Source: Acidobacteriota bacterium (GTDB taxonomy: Bacteria; Acidobacteriota; Blastocatellia; Pyrinomonadales; Pyrinomonadaceae). From it: a stretch of DNA of 64,000 bases. Positions 1 to 11,755 of the stretch are shown one piece after another. The DNA is taken from positions 9,822 to 73,821 of the forward strand of contig JBQTHO010000016.1 in NCBI GenBank assembly GCA_052389795.1, given 5' to 3'. Made by a program: the position numbers and the translations under genes. Position 1 is the stretch's first letter; every line of letters starts with the position of its first letter. The notes under the pieces were generated by a model that saw nothing but the letters and a program-made list of their open reading frames with translations, did not search any database and was not told the DNA's origin.

Positions 1-1
1 T

Positions 2-3211
<3,210 letters not shown>

Positions 3212-3220
3212 ACGAACGGT

Positions 3221-3249
3221 GTAGTAGCTCGACCGTAAGGGAGGGCGTC
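3221..3249. repeat. Fam-A repeat unit (consensus about GGGGCAGTAGCCCGACCGTCAGGGAGGGCGT), single copy just after the rpoC stop
   Basis: GTAGTAGCTCGACCGTAAGGGAGGGCGTC closely matches the units at 29239-29269, 32817-32846, 45062-45091 and 46311-46341. Confidence 0.8.
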
Positions 3250-3265
3250 AACCCTTTAAGTAGAG

Positions 3266-3300
3266 CCGGTGTGGTGTCAAAGCCGCGCCGGTTTTCTTTT
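3266..3300 (+). terminator. Rho-independent terminator of rpoC
   Basis: 9-bp stem CCGGTGTGG/CCGCGCCGG (two G-U pairs), 8-nt loop, then TTTTCTTTT. Confidence 0.7.
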
Positions 3301-3350
3301 CCACCTTCCGCGCTTGATTTGTCACTATCTTGCGTGCTGAGATCTAGCTT

Positions 3351-3800
3351 GTGAAAATCACAAAATCCATTTCGAACTTCTTCATAATTCTCGTGTTGAG
3401 TTTCTTCAGCACGCTTCTCTGCGCGTCAACAGCTCTTGCCCAGTACACGCCTGAAAAAGGATCCATGGAACGGAAAGCCATCACCGACGCTTTGCGCGTT
3501 CCCGTCGAGAAGAAACTGAAACAAAGTGTCGTCTTCAACATCGACCATCTCAAGGTGCAGGATGGCTGGGCCTTTATGTTTGGCGCTCCGCGGAAGCCCG
3601 GCGGAGGAAGACTTGACTACAGCAAGACGGCTTACGCTGAAGCCGAAGCTGCGGGAATGTTCGATGACAACATCAGCGCGTTGTTGCGCAAAGTGCGCGG
3701 CCGGTGGCGCGTGGTGCGATACGTAATCGGCGCGACAGACGTTGTGTATTTGGATTGGGACATGCAATATCGGGCGCCTTCAGGAATTTTCCCGCGGTAG
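3351..3800 (+). CDS. hypothetical secreted protein (149 aa)
   Basis: GTG start. N-terminal signal peptide (FFIILVLSFFSTLLCASTALA|QY). No recognisable motif. Confidence 0.6.
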   Translation: MKITKSISNFFIILVLSFFSTLLCASTALAQYTPEKGSMERKAITDALRVPVEKKLKQSVVFNIDHLKVQDGWAFMFGAPRKPGGGRLDYSKTAYAEAEAAGMFDDNISALLRKVRGRWRVVRYVIGATDVVYLDWDMQYRAPSGIFPR

Positions 3801-3804
3801 TAAG

Positions 3805-3967
3805 TCAGAACCGCCTGCGGTAGCGGGCGGGCCCAGCACGAGTGTGTCAGAACCGCGAGCGGTAGCGACCGCATCAAGAATCAACTTGAGTGGCTGATCC
3901 CATTGCTTACCGCTCTGGGTACCGACACGCGCGATGATCCCATCGCTACCGCTCCGGGTTCTGACAC
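3805..3967. mobile_element. Fam-B MITE-like element, two left arms followed by two right arms (nested or tandem insertion)
   Basis: Arms GTCAGAACCGCCTGCGGTAGCGGGCGGG (3805) and GTCAGAACCGCGAGCGGTAGCGACCGC (3846) pair with CTTACCGCTCTGGGTACCGACAC (3906) and CCCATCGCTACCGCTCCGGGTTCTGACAC (3939). Same terminal sequence as the elements at 38198 and 40290. No ORF. Confidence 0.6.
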
Positions 3968-4024
3968 GTCTTCGCCTCACGAAAAAACAAAGAACTGAGG
4001 TGGATATCAGGCGCTAAGCTTCGC

Positions 4025-4060
4025 ACCCTCACCCCAGCCCTCTCCCAGCGGACGAGGGAG
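4025..4060. repeat. Fam-E repeat (CTCACCCCAGCCCTCTCCC..GAGGGAG hairpin unit)
   Basis: CCCTCACCCCAGCCCTCTCCCAGCGGACGAGGGAG; near-identical units at 11633-11667 (inverted) and 11720-11755. Confidence 0.75.
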
Positions 4061-4185
4061 CCAACCGAATTTTTCTTCCCAACGCCGCCTTCTTGAGCTA
4101 TTATCCGCGCGAGGTTGCTGCCCCTGCGGCCTCGGACGCGTTTCCCCGATCAGCGTTAATTCCCCGATAAAGTAACGGCAGGCTC

Positions 4186-5535
4186 ATGGCCTGCGTACCT
4201 TCAATCGTTCGGTTTTTACAGAGGAGGTTCCCCTTGAACAGAACTTTCCCCCGCCTTGTAGTTATTCTGTCTCTGTTTGTCTGCTGTTACTCAGTCCAAT
4301 CGCAAACCAACCCGCCCGCTAACGCAGGCGGTTCTGACAAGAATGCGGGAGCCCTCCCTGACGGTCGGGCTACTGCCCCGACGGCTGAAGTCACCGGCCC
4401 GCCCGCTAGCGACCACCCCACGCGAGATGCTCGCGCGGGGAACCCCGGTGCAGGCGGATCTGACAGAGAATCCCTTCCCGACCTTGTTCGGCGTGTAAAG
4501 CCCTCGGTCGTTTCGGTTCTGACCTACGACTCTAAGGGCGAGCCGCTGATCAGCGGCAGCGGGTTCTTCATCCGTCCAGGTGAAGTCGTGACTAACGTGC
4601 ACGTCCTGCGCAACGCGCACCGTGTCGAGATTCGCACGCTCGAGGGCAAAGGGCGCACGTATCCGGTTCGGGGCGCGTTGGCGATCGATGATGAGGCCGA
4701 CCTGGCGCTGTTGAGTGTTGACTTGCCAGCCGAGCGTTCGCGACCGCTACCACTCTCAACGACTCTGCCTGAGGAAGGCGAGCAGGTTTTCGTCATTGGC
4801 AATCCTCTGCGGCTGGAAGGTTCGATCAGCGACGGCATCGTTTCCGCCGTGCGTGAAGTTCCCGCTCTAGGTCGCATCATTCAGATCACTGCGCCCGTTT
4901 CGCATGGAAACAGTGGCAGCCCTCTCTTCAACATGCGCGGACAGGTCATCGGGATCGTTACCGTCAAGGTGACCAACGGCCAGAACATCAATCTCGCGCT
5001 CGGCGCGGCGCGCGTGGCGTCGCTGCCGCGGGGGCAACTCGTCTCGTTCGATCAGATTGGAGCTCGAAACCGATCCAATCAGCCGGAGGCGTTGGCCGAT
5101 CTTTGGTATCGCGGCGGGATCGATTCGATGTGGCTGGGGAATTACGAGAACGCGCTCAACTATTTCGAGACCGCCGCCAATCGAAATCCCCGGCGCGCGG
5201 AAACGTGGATTCAGATTGGCTACTGCAAAGTGAAGCAGGGCCGAAACGATGAAGCGATGCGCGCTTACCAGCGGGCATTGGCATTACGGCCGAACTCAGC
5301 CGACGCGCATAACAAACTTGGCGACGCGTACTTCTACGCCGGCCGATTCACGGAAGCGATCGACGCTTACCATGAAGCTGCGCGGCTGCGGCCGAAAGAT
5401 GGCGAGGCCTATTACAATCTCGCCCTGGCTTATCTCGAAATTGGTGATCGCGAAGCAGCGATGACGCAAAGCCGCACGCTCGCGACGGTTGATGCGGACC
5501 TGAATAAGAAATTGTTGAGTGAGATGCAGCGTTAG
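4186..5535 (+). CDS. secreted trypsin-like (S1/HtrA-like) serine protease with C-terminal TPR repeats
   Basis: Catalytic triad contexts VVTNVHVL (His), EADLALLSV (Asp) and SHGNSGSPLF (Ser). C-terminal TPR-like repeats (AETWIQIGYCKVKQGRNDEAMRAYQRALALRPN..., AEAYYNLALAYLEIGD). Signal peptide. The likelier start is TTG 4234, preceded by AGGAGG. Confidence 0.88.
   Translation: MACVPSIVRFLQRRFPLNRTFPRLVVILSLFVCCYSVQSQTNPPANAGGSDKNAGALPDGRATAPTAEVTGPPASDHPTRDARAGNPGAGGSDRESLPDLVRRVKPSVVSVLTYDSKGEPLISGSGFFIRPGEVVTNVHVLRNAHRVEIRTLEGKGRTYPVRGALAIDDEADLALLSVDLPAERSRPLPLSTTLPEEGEQVFVIGNPLRLEGSISDGIVSAVREVPALGRIIQITAPVSHGNSGSPLFNMRGQVIGIVTVKVTNGQNINLALGAARVASLPRGQLVSFDQIGARNRSNQPEALADLWYRGGIDSMWLGNYENALNYFETAANRNPRRAETWIQIGYCKVKQGRNDEAMRAYQRALALRPNSADAHNKLGDAYFYAGRFTEAIDAYHEAARLRPKDGEAYYNLALAYLEIGDREAAMTQSRTLATVDADLNKKLLSEMQR
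4324..4464. repeat. mosaic of Fam-B arms and a Fam-A unit lying inside the protease CDS
   Basis: 4324-4338 and 4450-4464 (GCAGGCGG[T/A]TCTGAC) and 4396-4413 match the reverse complement of the Fam-B arm at 3805-3834. 4349-4379 is a Fam-A unit. The reading frame stays open throughout. Confidence 0.8.
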
Positions 5536-5548
5536 GAAACGAAGACTT

Positions 5549-5695
5549 ATTTGACGTTTGGCATTTGAGATTTGGCATTTGGTCATTTGAATTCGCCACC
5601 CGGCAATGTTTTGGGTGACTGACCAAGTTCAGCCTTAGCCTGCGGAGCCGGCTGCAAATAGCCCAATCTCAAATCTCAAATGCCAAACGTCAAAT
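5549..5695. repeat. perfect 26-bp inverted repeat with heptamer-periodic arms, between convergent genes
   Basis: ATTTGACGTTTGGCATTTGAGATTTG (5549-5574) is the exact reverse complement of 5670-5695. About 95-nt spacer. The arms are ATTTGRN heptamer arrays. Confidence 0.85.
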
Positions 5696-5696
5696 A

Positions 5697-6398
5697 TCAA
5701 TAATTAGTCAGGATATCCTCCCGCGCGAATCCCATCTGCTGCAAACGATCTCTGGTCTGCGCGATCATTTCGCGCGAGCCACACACCAATGCCACCGGCG
5801 ATTTTAAATCGAGCAACACGTGGTCGAGCAATGACTGGACATAGCCAGTTGGTCCCGACCAATCATGACCGTCGGGACGCGAGATCACCTGGCGCAACTC
5901 GACTCCGGCTTTTTCCCAATCGTCGATCTCGTCTCGATAACAAAACTCATCGGGCCTGCGCGCGCCGTACAGCACGACCAACTGACCAAACCTTTCGCGC
6001 CGATTCAGAACGTGTCTTAACGCTGAGCGCAGGGGCGCCACGCCTGTTCCCATGGCGACGAAAACTACGTCACGTCCGACCTGCGCGTCCAAATCGAATC
6101 CGTCGCCGGCGACGCCAAGCAGGTCAATTGAGTCGCCTTCAGCCATATCGAACAATGCGACGCTTCCGCCAATGGTCCGCTTAACCAGAATCTCCAGCTC
6201 GCGATCCTCCGGCGCGCCCGCGAAGGCAAAATAAGCCGGCTCGTGCCCATCGAGACTTAGAATCGCCACCTGGCCCGGACGAAAACTGATCTGGTGCGAC
6301 GTTTCGGCGCCGGCAGGCATTAAATCAAACGAGCGAATCTCGCGCGCCTGTTGGCGCATGCGAGTCACGATTAGTTGAGTTGCGGTTTGCTCTGTCAT
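5697..6398 (-). CDS. FAD/NAD(P)-binding oxidoreductase, ferredoxin-NADP reductase-like fold
   Basis: 233 aa. NAD-binding MGTGVAPLRS motif, with the N-terminal beta-barrel region RPGQVAILSL...YFAFAG typical of the FNR-like family. No Fe-S cysteine cluster seen. Confidence 0.7.
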   Translation of the reverse strand: MTEQTATQLIVTRMRQQAREIRSFDLMPAGAETSHQISFRPGQVAILSLDGHEPAYFAFAGAPEDRELEILVKRTIGGSVALFDMAEGDSIDLLGVAGDGFDLDAQVGRDVVFVAMGTGVAPLRSALRHVLNRRERFGQLVVLYGARRPDEFCYRDEIDDWEKAGVELRQVISRPDGHDWSGPTGYVQSLLDHVLLDLKSPVALVCGSREMIAQTRDRLQQMGFAREDILTNY

Positions 6399-6420
6399 TC
6401 AAGAAAGCCAGTTTACCATC

Positions 6421-6716
6421 TCATTCACACTGCGCTTCAGCGCGGTGAACATCGTCTCACCAGCCCGCGAAGCGGGCATCGGCATAAAGCCTGGGGCGTA
6501 AGCCCCAGGCTCGAGTTTGCAAGTGTGCCCAGCCCACGGAGTGGGCGACAGCCGTATCGAAACTTTGGTGTAATCAACGTCGTGATGCCGAAGCTGAGTG
6601 AACTGCAATTCTGAGATCTGTCGCCCGCTGCGCGGGCTACGGCAATCCTTCTGGCCGCGATCCCGGGGCTTACGCCCGGGCTTTATGCTCTCGCGTCGCT
6701 CCGCGCGCTCATGCCG
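6421..6716. repeat. Fam-C-like hairpin-bead element (string of short GC-rich stem-loops, overall inverted symmetry)
   Basis: Hairpins GCGCTTCAGCGC, GCCCGCGAAGCGGGC, CCTGGGGCGTAAGCCCCAGG, CCCACGGAGTGGG, GCCCGCTGCGCGGGC, CCCGGGGCTTACGCCCGGG. 6485-6509 pairs with 6662-6688. Confidence 0.7.
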
Positions 6717-6727
6717 AAGGTGCTAGA

Positions 6728-7387
6728 ATGCCGCGCAAGATGAGTACCTTGTCGGCGCGAAGGCTGGTGCTGCTTTTGGCAGTTTTGATTGCGTCAACGG
6801 CGGTTGTCGGGGCTCAATCAGGGCGGCGCGGCGGCCTGAAATCAAGCGCGCCCGCGATCCCTCCGGTTCGTCCCGCGGAAGAGCCCTCAAAGCCGAAAAC
6901 GTCTGCACGGATTCAACTGCTGGTCGCCATCGATAGTCCAACTGGTTTTGATGGAGTGCCATTTCGCAGTCAGGACATCGTTCTCGAAGCGTGTATGCGC
7001 CGCCTCGCAGAGTCGGCAGACGTGACGGCGACGCCGGCGGTCCAGCCAATGACGCGCAGCGAGGGCTTGAAAGCTGCCAAAGCTGAGACAGTCCGATATG
7101 TTGTCTGGTTGCAGGTCCGCAATGAACGGGCTGATTACAGCGCGGACGTTTCCGCGCAGAGTGCCCAGCTTTACGTGACTTACATGATCTATGAACCCGG
7201 CACCGCGAAGCTTAAAGGCTCGGGCCGCGCGCAATACGCATCCGGGAAGATAGGAAATGTTGGTGTGTCGGGCCCTTCAGCGCGCCGCGCGGTGTTCTCC
7301 GATTTCGAGATCAAAGAAACCGCCAAGCAGGCAGCCGACAAGATCCTCGACGCATTTCACATTAAGATCGGCGGCTGGCCGCGGTAG
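6728..7387 (+). CDS. hypothetical secreted protein (219 aa)
   Basis: Signal peptide RRLVLLLAVLIASTAVVGAQS. Coding-like composition. No recognisable motif. Confidence 0.6.
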   Translation: MPRKMSTLSARRLVLLLAVLIASTAVVGAQSGRRGGLKSSAPAIPPVRPAEEPSKPKTSARIQLLVAIDSPTGFDGVPFRSQDIVLEACMRRLAESADVTATPAVQPMTRSEGLKAAKAETVRYVVWLQVRNERADYSADVSAQSAQLYVTYMIYEPGTAKLKGSGRAQYASGKIGNVGVSGPSARRAVFSDFEIKETAKQAADKILDAFHIKIGGWPR

Positions 7388-7399
7388 CCGAACGCTTCG

Positions 7400-7428
7400 A
7401 CGCCCTTCAGTGACGGTCGGGCTATTGA
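7400..7428. repeat. Fam-A repeat unit (degenerate, reverse orientation)
   Basis: ACGCCCTTCAGTGACGGTCGGGCTATTGA compared with ACGCCCTCCCTGACGGTCGGGCTACTG at 46360. Confidence 0.7.
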
Positions 7429-7442
7429 GATACAGAACAATC

Positions 7443-7540
7443 AGCCACAGATGGTCATACACGCTGATCTGAATGCATGATCTGTGTCGATCTGCGTGTA
7501 TCTGTGGCTTTCTCTCACGTGTCTCAGCGCCTCTGTGGCA
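7443..7540. repeat. Fam-F heptamer-arm inverted repeat (CACAGAT type)
   Basis: AGCCACAGAT (7443) pairs with ATCTGTGGCT (7500). The interior is ATCTG[T/C]G heptamers. Same motif class as 28617, 36730 and 38565. Confidence 0.65.
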
Positions 7541-7567
7541 AGGCCAATCAATGAACCGAAATCGCAA

Positions 7568-9709
7568 CTACTCAGCAATCCGTTCGTCAGGCGCTCCCAA
7601 ATACTTCTTCAGCCATCCGTGGACTTCCTGATAGAAAAACCTGCTGTTTTCGCCTTTGAGAATCCAGTGGTTCTCGTCGGGCCAAACGATTAGCTTGCTC
7701 GGAATGCGCAGCCGTTGCAGCACGCTCCAATTCTCAAGCGTCTGATTCAGCGGCACGCGGAAATCATTCTCGCCGACTGAAAGCAGAATCGGTGTCTTAA
7801 AGTTCGCGGCAAATCGAATCGGATTTTGTTCACGCCAAACCGCGCCCTGCTCCCAGACCGGCCCGCCACTGCCGACTTCGCGATGATAGATTGTGTCACT
7901 CGTGCCCCATTGCGATTCGAGATTGATCAGACCGGCATGACTGACCAAAGCTTTGTAGCGAGTCGTCGTTGCTTGCAGCCAGTTAGCTAAGTGTCCGCCG
8001 TAACTCGCACCCGCCGCTGCTTGTCGCGTTCCATCGACGAACGAGAATTGACGAATGGCGTCGTCGGCTGCTTCGTTGATCTCGTTTGCCGGACCCTTTA
8101 ACGGATCACCCTGAATACTTTGCGCGAACGCCTCGCCAAAACCAGTCGAGCCTGAATAGTTCGTAAGCAACACGACGTAGCCCGGCCGCGCGAGCATGTG
8201 ATAGTTCCAGCGGAGTCCCCAGTTGTCGCGCCACATCGAGTGCGGCCCACCGTGCATCAGCACCAGCAGCGGATACTTTTTCTTCGCATCAAATCGCGGC
8301 GGCAGCGCAATCATGTTGTGAATCCGTTTGCCCGCGCGGCTGGTGAACCAGAAGTGCCGCAACGGCTGCCAGTCGATCTGCGCGACGCGCTCAGTGTTAA
8401 ATTCGGTAAGCGGCTTCTGAGTCCTCTCGTTCAGATTGAGCCGAAAGATTTCCGGCGGATTCATCGCGCTTTCCCAACTGGCGATGACGATCGTGGAGGC
8501 AGCTTTCCGCGGGATGCGCAGGTTTATGTAGACGCCACGCGTCATGTCCATCGCCAGGCGAACTTCACCGCCATCAGCCGGCATGGTGAAGAGCTTCTCG
8601 TTGCCGGCTTCTTCGGCCAATAGATAAATCGATCGACTGTCAGGCGAAAAGGCAAACGCGCCTACCGAACGATCGAAATCCTTTGTGAGGATTGCCGGCG
8701 CGCCCAGGCTCGGCCAGCCGAACTTCGCCAGCCGATCCAGGTTGTAAACCTTGCCGTTCGACTCGATGGTCGAGATGGCGTACAACGCTCGGCCGTCCGG
8801 GCGAAACGTCGGGCGAGCGAAACTGTCACTACCCGTCGTCAGCCGAACCGGCTCGCCGCCCTTCGCAGCAATTTTGAAAAGCGCGTTGTTTACCGGCGCA
8901 TATGCCGCCGCGTGGCGCATGGTCGTCGCGACGAACACGATCGATTCACCGTCCGGCGTCCAGACGGCGTCGAACTCTTCGCCAGAATCAGTGAGGCGGC
9001 CGGAAAACCCGGGCTCGGTAATTATTTTCGTCCCGGCGAAAAGATCTCTGGCCTTGGCGCCCGGCTCCAGGGTTTGGACAAACAGATGTCCCTCATTATC
9101 TTCCAGCCATTTGTCCCAATTCCTGATCGGAAATCCTTCGTAAACGCGTGCCCGGTACTTCTGCGCTTTCCGCGCGGCCGCAATTTTCTTGTTGGCTTCG
9201 TCATCCGCCGCGCCGGGAAAGACTGTGCTGGTGAAGATCAAAGCTTTGCCGTCGGGTCGCCATTCGGGCGAACGCGCGCCGGTCGAAAGTGAAGTCACCC
9301 GTACGGCCTCGCCGCCGTCAGCCACATCGATAATGTAAATCTGTGCGACCTCGTCGCCTTCGCGCTTGGCTGAAAATGCGAGCCGGGTACTGTCCGGACT
9401 CCATGAGACGCCGCTCTCGCCGCTCTTGGTAAACGTCAAGCGGCGCGGCTTTGCGCTGCCATCCGCGGGAACGATCCACAAGTCGGACACCTGATCCTTT
9501 TCGTCATAGGCGGGCTCGATCAGCGAGAACACAACCCATTTGCCGTCCGGGCTTGGGGCTGGCGCTCCGACGCGCTTCATAAGCCACATCGTCTCGTGAC
9601 TGATTGGCGTCTTCGTTTGGGCGCGCGCGACGAACGACAAGCTTAGAGGGGCAAAAATCGCTGTGGCTACAACGATAAGATGGAGTAACCGATGTTGCTT
9701 TCCAAACAT
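7568..9709 (-). CDS. S9 family serine peptidase (prolyl oligopeptidase / acylaminoacyl-peptidase type) with N-terminal beta-propeller
   Basis: 713 aa with a signal peptide. TolB/PD40-like repeats (SPDGKWVVFS, SWSPDSTRLAFS, PEWRPDGKALIFTS). Nucleophile motif GASYGGHL. C-terminal VWPDENHW (Asp/His region). Confidence 0.9.
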   Translation of the reverse strand: MFGKQHRLLHLIVVATAIFAPLSLSFVARAQTKTPISHETMWLMKRVGAPAPSPDGKWVVFSLIEPAYDEKDQVSDLWIVPADGSAKPRRLTFTKSGESGVSWSPDSTRLAFSAKREGDEVAQIYIIDVADGGEAVRVTSLSTGARSPEWRPDGKALIFTSTVFPGAADDEANKKIAAARKAQKYRARVYEGFPIRNWDKWLEDNEGHLFVQTLEPGAKARDLFAGTKIITEPGFSGRLTDSGEEFDAVWTPDGESIVFVATTMRHAAAYAPVNNALFKIAAKGGEPVRLTTGSDSFARPTFRPDGRALYAISTIESNGKVYNLDRLAKFGWPSLGAPAILTKDFDRSVGAFAFSPDSRSIYLLAEEAGNEKLFTMPADGGEVRLAMDMTRGVYINLRIPRKAASTIVIASWESAMNPPEIFRLNLNERTQKPLTEFNTERVAQIDWQPLRHFWFTSRAGKRIHNMIALPPRFDAKKKYPLLVLMHGGPHSMWRDNWGLRWNYHMLARPGYVVLLTNYSGSTGFGEAFAQSIQGDPLKGPANEINEAADDAIRQFSFVDGTRQAAAGASYGGHLANWLQATTTRYKALVSHAGLINLESQWGTSDTIYHREVGSGGPVWEQGAVWREQNPIRFAANFKTPILLSVGENDFRVPLNQTLENWSVLQRLRIPSKLIVWPDENHWILKGENSRFFYQEVHGWLKKYLGAPDERIAE

Positions 9710-9776
9710 GTTCTTCTCCTGTAACAGATGAATTCGGCTAAGCCGCGCGGCTAAAAGAAGTCTTAGGGAAAACCCG

Positions 9777-11624
9777 TCAGGGTTTTTCGTAGAGACGATC
9801 TATCACATTTCGATACTTATGATCGATCACGCGCCGCTTTACCTTCAGCGTGGGCGTCAGCTCGCCGCTTTCAACGGTGAACTCGTGCTCCAGCACGGCA
9901 ATCTTCTTAATCTTTTCAAATTGCGCAAGATTCTCAGTGCGCGCCGCAATCTGTCGTTCAAACAGATCAATAATGCGCGGGCTGTGGCAGAAATCGCCGC
10001 GCGTGCGCAGGTCAAGGCCTTTGTGCTTCGCATAGGCATCCAATTGATCCCAAGCCGGAACTATCAGCGCCGAAGCAAAGTTGCGCCCGTCGCCAATCAC
10101 GACTACCTGGCTCACAAACCGGGAGCCTTTGATCAGCTGCTCGATAACCTGGGGCGCGATGTACTTCCCACCGGACGTTTTCAGCAGTTCTTTCTTCCGA
10201 TCGGTGATCGTCAGAAAGCCGTCCGTATCGAGGCAGCCTATGTCGCCGGTTCTGAACCAACCGTCTGGGGTCATGACCGCGCGTGTTTCTTCGGACTTGT
10301 GCCAGTAGCCCTGCATCACGTGCGGCCCACGCGTTTCGATCTCGCCATCCGCCGCGATACGCACTTCGACGTTGCGAACGGGTTTACCAGAGGTGCCGAC
10401 GCGAATGTATTGAAGCTGGCCAGCCGTGATCACGGGTGAAGTTTCCGTCAAACCGTAGCCCTGCACGATCGGCAAACCAGCGCCGATAAATGCGAGCGCG
10501 ATATCGTTCGACAGCGCCGCGCCGCCGGAAACCAGGATGCGAATTCGTCCGCCCATCGCGTTGCGAAGCTTCTTGAATAACACTGCGTCAGCGAGTTTGT
10601 GTTTCAACGACAGCGGAAACGGAACAGGCTTGCGATCCGAATTGTGCTGCGCCCATTCTCGGCCCACGCCGATCGCCCATTGGGCCATCGCGCCGTTCAA
10701 CTTTCCTTTCGAAGCTGCTTTGTCCTGCACTCGCGCGACGATCTTTTCATAAATGCGCGGCACGCCGACAAATACTGTCGGATGAACTTCGCGCAGATGG
10801 TCGCCCAGATTGTCCAGTTGGCCGAAATACACGCTCATGCCGTGGTGCAGGTACATGTTCATCGCCTGGCGTTCGAAGACGTGCGACAAAGGCAGCACAG
10901 AAAGCGCCGTATCTGCCTCGCCAAACTCGAAGTGATTCGAAGAATCGATCAGATTCGAAACCATGTTCGCGTGCGAAAGCATTACGCCCTTTGGCTCGCC
11001 CGTCGTTCCGGAGGTGTAAATGATCGTCGCCAGATCCTCAGGTTTCGCCCCGCGTGCGAGTTCCTCGATCAGCGAAGGTTTCTGCTGATCCAAATCTCTG
11101 CCTTTGTTTTCGAGATCTGAGAGGCTCGACGTATTGGCGCGTTCGGCGGCGTTCTCTTCGAACAGCACGACATGCGAAACCTCCGGAGAATTGCGCAAGA
11201 CTTCCTCCATTTGCGCCAATTTCTCTCGCGACTGAACAAACAGAACTCGCGCGCCGGAGTCCTTCAAAATGTATTGTGCCTGTGGCGGCGTCAGCGTCGG
11301 ATAAATTGGGACCGTGATCGCACCCGCGAACAGACAACCCTGATCGGTCAAAACCCATTCGGCGCAGCTTTCGGAAAGCAGCGCGACGCGTTCGCCTTTG
11401 CTGATGCCCAGGGAATAGAGACCGAGCGCGATGTGCTGCGCGCGCTGCAACATCTTCGCGGCTGAGATCGAATGCCACTCGCCGTCGCGTTTGTAGTTCA
11501 GCGTGTTCGGTTTCGGATGGTCGCGCGCCAGGCGCTCGTATACGACAGGAAGTGTCGTCGGGTCGTCAGACGTGAGAGGCACGCGCTGCGGACTGAAAGA
11601 TGATTGGGGTGCTGTCTTCGTCAT
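9777..11624 (-). CDS. fadD: long-chain fatty acid--CoA ligase (AMP-dependent synthetase)
   Basis: AMP-binding motif IIYTSGTTGEPKGVMLSH, plus GYGLTETS and WFRTGDIG...DRKKELLKTSGGKYIAPQ. Lies downstream of a FadR-type TetR gene on the same strand. Confidence 0.9.
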   Translation of the reverse strand: MTKTAPQSSFSPQRVPLTSDDPTTLPVVYERLARDHPKPNTLNYKRDGEWHSISAAKMLQRAQHIALGLYSLGISKGERVALLSESCAEWVLTDQGCLFAGAITVPIYPTLTPPQAQYILKDSGARVLFVQSREKLAQMEEVLRNSPEVSHVVLFEENAAERANTSSLSDLENKGRDLDQQKPSLIEELARGAKPEDLATIIYTSGTTGEPKGVMLSHANMVSNLIDSSNHFEFGEADTALSVLPLSHVFERQAMNMYLHHGMSVYFGQLDNLGDHLREVHPTVFVGVPRIYEKIVARVQDKAASKGKLNGAMAQWAIGVGREWAQHNSDRKPVPFPLSLKHKLADAVLFKKLRNAMGGRIRILVSGGAALSNDIALAFIGAGLPIVQGYGLTETSPVITAGQLQYIRVGTSGKPVRNVEVRIAADGEIETRGPHVMQGYWHKSEETRAVMTPDGWFRTGDIGCLDTDGFLTITDRKKELLKTSGGKYIAPQVIEQLIKGSRFVSQVVVIGDGRNFASALIVPAWDQLDAYAKHKGLDLRTRGDFCHSPRIIDLFERQIAARTENLAQFEKIKKIAVLEHEFTVESGELTPTLKVKRRVIDHKYRNVIDRLYEKP

Positions 11625-11632
11625 TTGGTATT

Positions 11633-11755
11633 TCCCTCTCCCTCTGGGAGAGGGTTAGGGTGAGGGCTTAGCACGACGAAAAAAACAAAATCTCTTTCCT
11701 GTTCTTCACCGTAGCTGCGCCCCTCACCCCAGCCCTCTCCCAAAGGGAGAGGGAG
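11633..11755. repeat. inverted pair of Fam-E units between fadR and fadD
   Basis: CCCTCTCCCTCTGGGAGAGGGTTAGGGTGAGGG (11633) and CCCCTCACCCCAGCCCTCTCCCAAAGGGAGAGGGAG (11720). Confidence 0.8.
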
